Assembly: GCA_033839185.1 (NCBI GenBank)
Contig: JAJLKJ010000078.1
Span: 1 to 45,291, forward strand
DNA: 45,291 nt
Source: Gammaproteobacteria bacterium
Lineage (GTDB): Bacteria > Pseudomonadota > Gammaproteobacteria > SpSt-1174
Direction of reading: 5' to 3'
Shown here: positions 41,019 to 45,291 of the stretch, in pieces
How the letters are laid out: each line of letters starts with the position of its first letter
Numbering within the stretch: position 1 is the stretch's first letter
Translations under genes and position numbers: made by a program
Notes under the pieces: generated by a model
Told to the model about the DNA's origin: nothing
The model's input: only the letters and a program-made list of their open reading frames with translations
The model's database searches: none

Positions 41019-41565
41019 AGCCGACCAGGTGGTCCAGTATCCGCAGGCCGATGAACAGGAGCAGGATCGCGATCATCGGCGTGATGTCGATCATGCCGAA
41101 CGGCGGGATCACCCGGCGCAGCGGACGCATCAGCGGCTCGGTGAGGCTCCAGGCCAGGGCGGCGGCGGGGTTGCGGCTGCCGGGGGCGACCCAGCTGACG
41201 ATGACCTGGATGAAGATGGCGGCGATGAAGACCCATACGCCCAGGCGCAGCAGCTGCACCACCGAGGCCAGCAGGATCGGCCCGACGGGGGTCGGGCGGC
41301 CGTGCAGCAGGAGCAGCAGCGTGAGCTCGATGGCCTGCAGCAGCAGCATGAGCAGGATGGCGGCGGTGTCGATGCGGCCGATCGGCGGGATCACGCGGCG
41401 CAGCGGCACCAGGATCGGGTTGGTGACGCTGACGATGGCCTGCGAGAGCGGGTTGTAGAAGTCGGCGCGTACCCAGGCCAGCAGGAAACGCAGCATCACG
41501 AAGACGATCAGGAAGGAAAACAGGAACTGTATCAGCAGGGATCCGATGTCTTGCCCGAGATTCAT
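41011..41565 (-). CDS. yggT: YggT family membrane protein
   Basis: Duplicated YGGT repeats (NPILVPLRRVIPPIGRIDTAAIL; TEPLMRPLRRVIPPFGMIDITPMIAIL). The ATG at 41565 avoids overlapping proC. Confidence 0.88.
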   Translation of the reverse strand: MNLGQDIGSLLIQFLFSFLIVFVMLRFLLAWVRADFYNPLSQAIVSVTNPILVPLRRVIPPIGRIDTAAILLMLLLQAIELTLLLLLHGRPTPVGPILLASVVQLLRLGVWVFIAAIFIQVIVSWVAPGSRNPAAALAWSLTEPLMRPLRRVIPPFGMIDITPMIAILLLFIGLRILDHLVGYV

Positions 41566-41566
41566 G

Positions 41567-42403
41567 TCAGTCTTTCCCCAGTTCGTCGCCCAGCTCGCGG
41601 GCACGGTCGGCGGCCGCGGCCAGGGCCTGTTCGAAGAGTGTCATCAGGCCACCGGACTCCAGCGTACGGATGGCCTGTTCGGTGGTGCCCCCGGGGGAGG
41701 TCACCCGGGCGCGCAGCGTGGCGGCATCGTCGGTGCTCTCCAGGGCGAGCTTGGCGGCCCCGAAGGCGGTCTCCAGCACCAGCAGGCGGGCCTGTTCCGG
41801 GGCCAGCCCCAGCTTCTCGCCGGCCGCCTGCATGGCCTCCATCACGTAGAAGAAGTAGGCCGGTCCGCTGCCGGAGACCGCGGTCACGGCATCCAGCTGC
41901 GCCTCGTTCCCCACCCACAGCGTGAGGCCGACGGCGCGCAGGATGCGTTCGGCGGCATTGCGCTGGGACTCGGTCACGGCCAGGTTCGCATACAGGCCGC
42001 TGGCGCCGCTGCGCACCAGGGCCGGGGTGTTGGGCATGCAGCGCACGATGGCATGGCCGCCGCCCAGCCAGCGGTCGATGTCGCCCGCGCGCACCCCGGC
42101 GGCGATGGAGACGATCAGCGGGCGCATGCGCGCCACGGTGGGCAGCAGGTCTTCGGTCACGGCGCGTATCACCTGCGGCTTGACGGCCAGCACCAGGATG
42201 CCGGCATCGGCTGCCGCGGCGTGATTGTCCTGCGTGGTGCGCAGGCCGGGCCAGCGCGCGGCCAGGCCCGCCAGGGCCTCGGCGGAGGGGTCGGCGACGA
42301 TGATGCCCTCGGGGGCGCGGCCGTCGGCCACCAGCCCGCCGATGATGCTGGCGGCCATGTTGCCGCCGCCGATGAAGCAGATGCTGTCGTTGTGCATGGT
42401 CAT
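41567..42403 (-). CDS. proC: Pyrroline-5-carboxylate reductase
   Basis: N-terminal Rossmann ICFIGGGNMAASIIGGL. C-terminal SPGGTTEQAIRTLE. Confidence 0.95.
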   Translation of the reverse strand: MTMHNDSICFIGGGNMAASIIGGLVADGRAPEGIIVADPSAEALAGLAARWPGLRTTQDNHAAAADAGILVLAVKPQVIRAVTEDLLPTVARMRPLIVSIAAGVRAGDIDRWLGGGHAIVRCMPNTPALVRSGASGLYANLAVTESQRNAAERILRAVGLTLWVGNEAQLDAVTAVSGSGPAYFFYVMEAMQAAGEKLGLAPEQARLLVLETAFGAAKLALESTDDAATLRARVTSPGGTTEQAIRTLESGGLMTLFEQALAAAADRARELGDELGKD

Positions 42404-42436
42404 GATGTGCGCTGTCTGGTGGTGTATGGCCTCATT

Positions 42437-43120
42437 CTACCCGCGCGCCCCGAAGATTGCCGTACCGATACGCACCAGGGTGGCCCCCTCGGCGATGGCG
42501 GCGGCCATGTCGCCCGTCATGCCCATGGAGAGGGTGTCGAGGGTGTGGCCGCGGGCGATCAGCGACTCCTGCGCCTCCCGCACCCGGGCGAAGACACGGC
42601 GCTGGTCATCGAGGTCGGTGCTCGGGGCCGGGATGGCCATCAGGCCCCGCAGGCGCAGTGCGGGCAGGCCGGCGATGGTCTCGGCCAGGGCCGGCAGGTC
42701 GTCGGGGGCGACCCCGGACTTGCTCGCCTCGCCGCTGATGTTCACCTGCAGGCAGACGTTGAGCGGGGTCATCTGCGCCGGGCGCTGTTCATGCAGGCGC
42801 CGGGCGATCTTCTCGCGATCCAGGCTGTGCATCCAGTCGGCCCGCTCGGCGACGATGCGCGACTTGTTCGACTGCAGCGGGCCGATGAAGTGCCACTCGA
42901 TGCCTGTGCCGGCCAGCGCCTCCTGTTTCTCCTCCAGCTCCTGCACGTAGTTCTCGCCGAAGGCCCGCTGTCCGCAGGCCAGTGCCTCGCGCAGGTCGGC
43001 GACGGGCTTGGTCTTGCTCACGGCCAGCAGCTGCACGCTGTCCGGCGCGCGGCCGAAACGGGCCTCGAGCTGGTGGATTTCGTCGCGAATCCTGCGCAGA
43101 TTGTCGCAAATTACGGTCAT
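42437..43120 (-). CDS. yggS: YggS-family pyridoxal-phosphate homeostasis protein
   Basis: LLAVSKTKP (PLP lysine), FGENYVQE, WHFIGPLQSNK, SMGMTGD, VRIGTAIFG. Confidence 0.93.
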   Translation of the reverse strand: MTVICDNLRRIRDEIHQLEARFGRAPDSVQLLAVSKTKPVADLREALACGQRAFGENYVQELEEKQEALAGTGIEWHFIGPLQSNKSRIVAERADWMHSLDREKIARRLHEQRPAQMTPLNVCLQVNISGEASKSGVAPDDLPALAETIAGLPALRLRGLMAIPAPSTDLDDQRRVFARVREAQESLIARGHTLDTLSMGMTGDMAAAIAEGATLVRIGTAIFGARG

Positions 43121-43243
43121 GACCCCTGTGCTATAGTTGCTTTTCGTGGGCGTTGGGACGCATTATTTTCCCGGTTGCATCCGCTGGCCGGCGCATTTGT
43201 CCGGCGCAGCGTCATATAAGAACCATAAATTCTGGGGGGATCG

Positions 43244-44278
43244 ATGGATATCGCGCAACTTCTCGCCTTTGCGGTCAAGAACGGTGCTTCCGACCTGCAT
43301 CTCTCCGCCGGTTTGCCGCCGATGATACGCGTGGATGGCGACGTGCGCCGGATCAACGTACCCGCCATGGACCACAAGCAGGTCCACGGCATGGTGTACG
43401 ACATCATGAACGACAAGCAGCGCAAGGACTACGAGGAGTTCTGGGAGACCGACTTCTCCTTCGAGATCCCGGGCCTGGCGCGCTTCCGTGTCAACGCCTT
43501 CAACCACAATCGCGGTGCGGGGGCGGTGTTCCGTACCATCCCCTCCAAGATCCTCACCCTCGAGGAGCTGGGCGCGCCCAAGATCTTCGAATCGATCTCC
43601 GAATACCCGCGCGGCATCGTGCTGGTCACCGGGCCGACCGGCTCGGGCAAGTCGACCACGCTCGCGGCCATGATGAACCACAAGAACGAGACCGAGTACG
43701 GACACATCCTCACCGTCGAGGACCCGATCGAGTTCGTGCACGAAAGCAAGAAATGCCTCATCAACCAGCGCGAGGTGCACCGCGACACCATGGGCTTCAA
43801 CGAGGCCCTGCGCTCGGCCCTGCGTGAGGACCCGGACACCATCCTGGTCGGCGAGATGCGCGACCTCGAGACCATCCGCCTGGCACTCACGGCGGCCGAG
43901 ACCGGCCATCTCGTGTTCGGCACCCTGCACACCAGTTCCGCCGCCAAGACCATCGACCGTGTGGTCGACGTGTTCCCTGCCGCGGAAAAGGACATGGTGC
44001 GCGCCATGCTCTCCGAGTCCCTGCGCGCGGTCATCTCGCAGTCGCTGCTGAAGAAGATCGGCGGTGGGCGTGTGGCGGCGCACGAGATCATGATCGGCAC
44101 CCCCGCCATCCGCAACCTCATTCGTGAAAACAAGATCGCGCAGATGTACTCGGCCATCCAGACCGGTCAGAACATCGGCATGCAGACGCTCGACCAGTCG
44201 CTGAAGGAACTGGTGGCGCGCGGTGTCGTGAGCAAGGAAGAGGCGCGTCGCAAGGCCGCCAACCCCGACTCGCTGTAA
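43244..44278 (+). CDS. pilT: Type IV pilus retraction ATPase PilT
   Basis: MDIAQLLAFAVKNGASDLHLSAGLPPMIRVDGD, Walker A GPTGSGKSTTLAAM, AIRNLIRE motif. 344 aa. Confidence 0.95.
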   Translation: MDIAQLLAFAVKNGASDLHLSAGLPPMIRVDGDVRRINVPAMDHKQVHGMVYDIMNDKQRKDYEEFWETDFSFEIPGLARFRVNAFNHNRGAGAVFRTIPSKILTLEELGAPKIFESISEYPRGIVLVTGPTGSGKSTTLAAMMNHKNETEYGHILTVEDPIEFVHESKKCLINQREVHRDTMGFNEALRSALREDPDTILVGEMRDLETIRLALTAAETGHLVFGTLHTSSAAKTIDRVVDVFPAAEKDMVRAMLSESLRAVISQSLLKKIGGGRVAAHEIMIGTPAIRNLIRENKIAQMYSAIQTGQNIGMQTLDQSLKELVARGVVSKEEARRKAANPDSL

Positions 44279-44305
44279 TCACGCGATCAACGCTGGAGAG
44301 TCTCA

Positions 44306-45291
44306 ATGGATCGCGATAAGGCCATACGTTTCATGCACGACCTGCTGAGGACCATGCTCAGCAAGGACGGCTCCGACCTCTTCATCACTTCTGGCGCACC
44401 GCCTTCGATGAAGGTGAACGGCAAGATGATGCCGATCACCAACCAGCCCCTGTCGCCCTCGCATACGCAGGTGCTGGTGCGTTCCATCATGAACGACAAG
44501 CAGGCGGCCGAGTTCGAAGAGCACATGGAATGCAACTTCGCCATCAGCCTGCCGGGTGTGGCGCGTTTTCGTGTCAACGCCTTCACCCAGCGCGGCAGCA
44601 GCGGCATGGTGCTGCGTGTCATCAACTCGGAGATCCCCAAGTTCGAAGACCTCGGTCTGCCCAAGGTGCTGTCGGACATCGCCATGACCAAGCGCGGCCT
44701 GGTGATCTTCGTCGGCGGCACCGGTTCGGGTAAGTCGACCTCGCTGGCGGCAATGGTCGGCTATCGCAACCACAACAGCTACGGGCACATCGTCACCATC
44801 GAGGACCCGATCGAGTTCGTGCACAATCACGGCAACTGCATCATCACGCAGCGCGAGGTCGGCGTGGATACCGAGACCTACGAGATCGCGCTGAAGAACA
44901 CCCTGCGACAGGCCCCCGACGTGATCCTGATCGGCGAAATCCGTGACCGCGACACCATGGACTACGGCATCGCCTTCGCCGAAACAGGGCATCTGTGTCT
45001 GTCCACCCTGCATGCCAACAGCACCAACCAGGCGCTGGACCGCATCATCAACTTCTTCCCGGAAGAGCGCCGCCCGCAGCTGTTGATGGACCTGTCGCTC
45101 AACCTGCGTGCCGTGATCTCCCAGCGCCTGATCCCGCGCGCCGATGGCAAGGGTCGCGTGCCGGCGGTGGAGATCATGATCAATACGCCGCTCATGTCCG
45201 ACCTCATCTTCAAGGGCGAGGTCCACGAGATGAAGGAGCTGATGAAGAAGTCCAACGAGGCCGGCATGAAGACCTTCGACCAGGCCCTGTT
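44306..45291 (+). CDS. pilU: Type IV pilus ATPase PilU (3' end outside window)
   Basis: Not in the ORF track because no stop falls in the window. The ATG at 44306 has a GGAGAG SD. Translation: MDRDKAIRFMHDLLRTMLSKDGSDLFITSGAPPSMKVNGKM..., Walker A GGTGSGKSTSLAAM. PilT paralog immediately after pilT. Confidence 0.88.
   Translation, partial: MDRDKAIRFMHDLLRTMLSKDGSDLFITSGAPPSMKVNGKMMPITNQPLSPSHTQVLVRSIMNDKQAAEFEEHMECNFAISLPGVARFRVNAFTQRGSSGMVLRVINSEIPKFEDLGLPKVLSDIAMTKRGLVIFVGGTGSGKSTSLAAMVGYRNHNSYGHIVTIEDPIEFVHNHGNCIITQREVGVDTETYEIALKNTLRQAPDVILIGEIRDRDTMDYGIAFAETGHLCLSTLHANSTNQALDRIINFFPEERRPQLLMDLSLNLRAVISQRLIPRADGKGRVPAVEIMINTPLMSDLIFKGEVHEMKELMKKSNEAGMKTFDQAL

Noticed and set aside
38377-45291. 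Anything unusual in the DUF4426-metW-metX-DUF167-yggT-proC-yggS-pilT-pilU block.
   Set aside because: Gene order and orientation match the well-known P. aeruginosa PA0388-PA0396 arrangement. Genes are tightly packed with ordinary overlaps, and I saw nothing unexplained.

Overview
This is a 45.3-kb, high-GC (roughly 65% by eye), gene-dense chromosomal segment of a gammaproteobacterium. All calls rest on reading the supplied translations for family motifs, signal peptides, SD sequences and start/stop overlaps. No database search was possible, so family names are recognition-based.

Gene content, left to right:
- 3' end of groL.
- A cytochrome-b561-like gene, a TonB-dependent receptor and tonB.
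- A CHASE3/HAMP chemoreceptor.
- An Fe(3+)-type ABC importer (fbpABC-like, minus strand).
- An ECF sigma/anti-sigma pair, divergent from a secreted DsrE-like protein plus a porin.
- Three c-di-GMP turnover genes and a small OMP.
- cysQ-nudE, a secreted hypothetical, a yrfG-like HAD gene and a YkgJ Cys-cluster protein.
- A complete type II secretion cluster gspCDEFGHIJKLMN (minus strand), preceded by a small Rof-like ORF and a QueC-like gene.
- hspQ plus a TerB-like gene, and an HU-like protein with a Lys/Ala-rich tail.
- A block syntenic with P. aeruginosa PA0388-PA0396: DUF4426, metW, metX, DUF167, yggT, proC, yggS, pilT, pilU (3'-truncated).

I saw no tRNA/rRNA genes, CRISPR arrays, integrases or transposases.

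The most interesting candidate is at 10.87-14.43 kb. Here the ECF anti-sigma factor carries a predicted periplasmic DsrE-like (COG1416-type) domain with a conserved Cys. It sits head-to-head with a secreted paralog of that same domain and an outer-membrane porin. I interpret this as a possible undescribed envelope sulfur/redox-sensing ECF module.

Secondary items:
- A two-copy palindromic repeat family flanked by heptanucleotide satellites, including a (CGCCTAA)10 array.
- A Rof-like ORF translationally coupled to gspC.
- A c-di-GMP gene cluster containing a degenerate GGDDF site.
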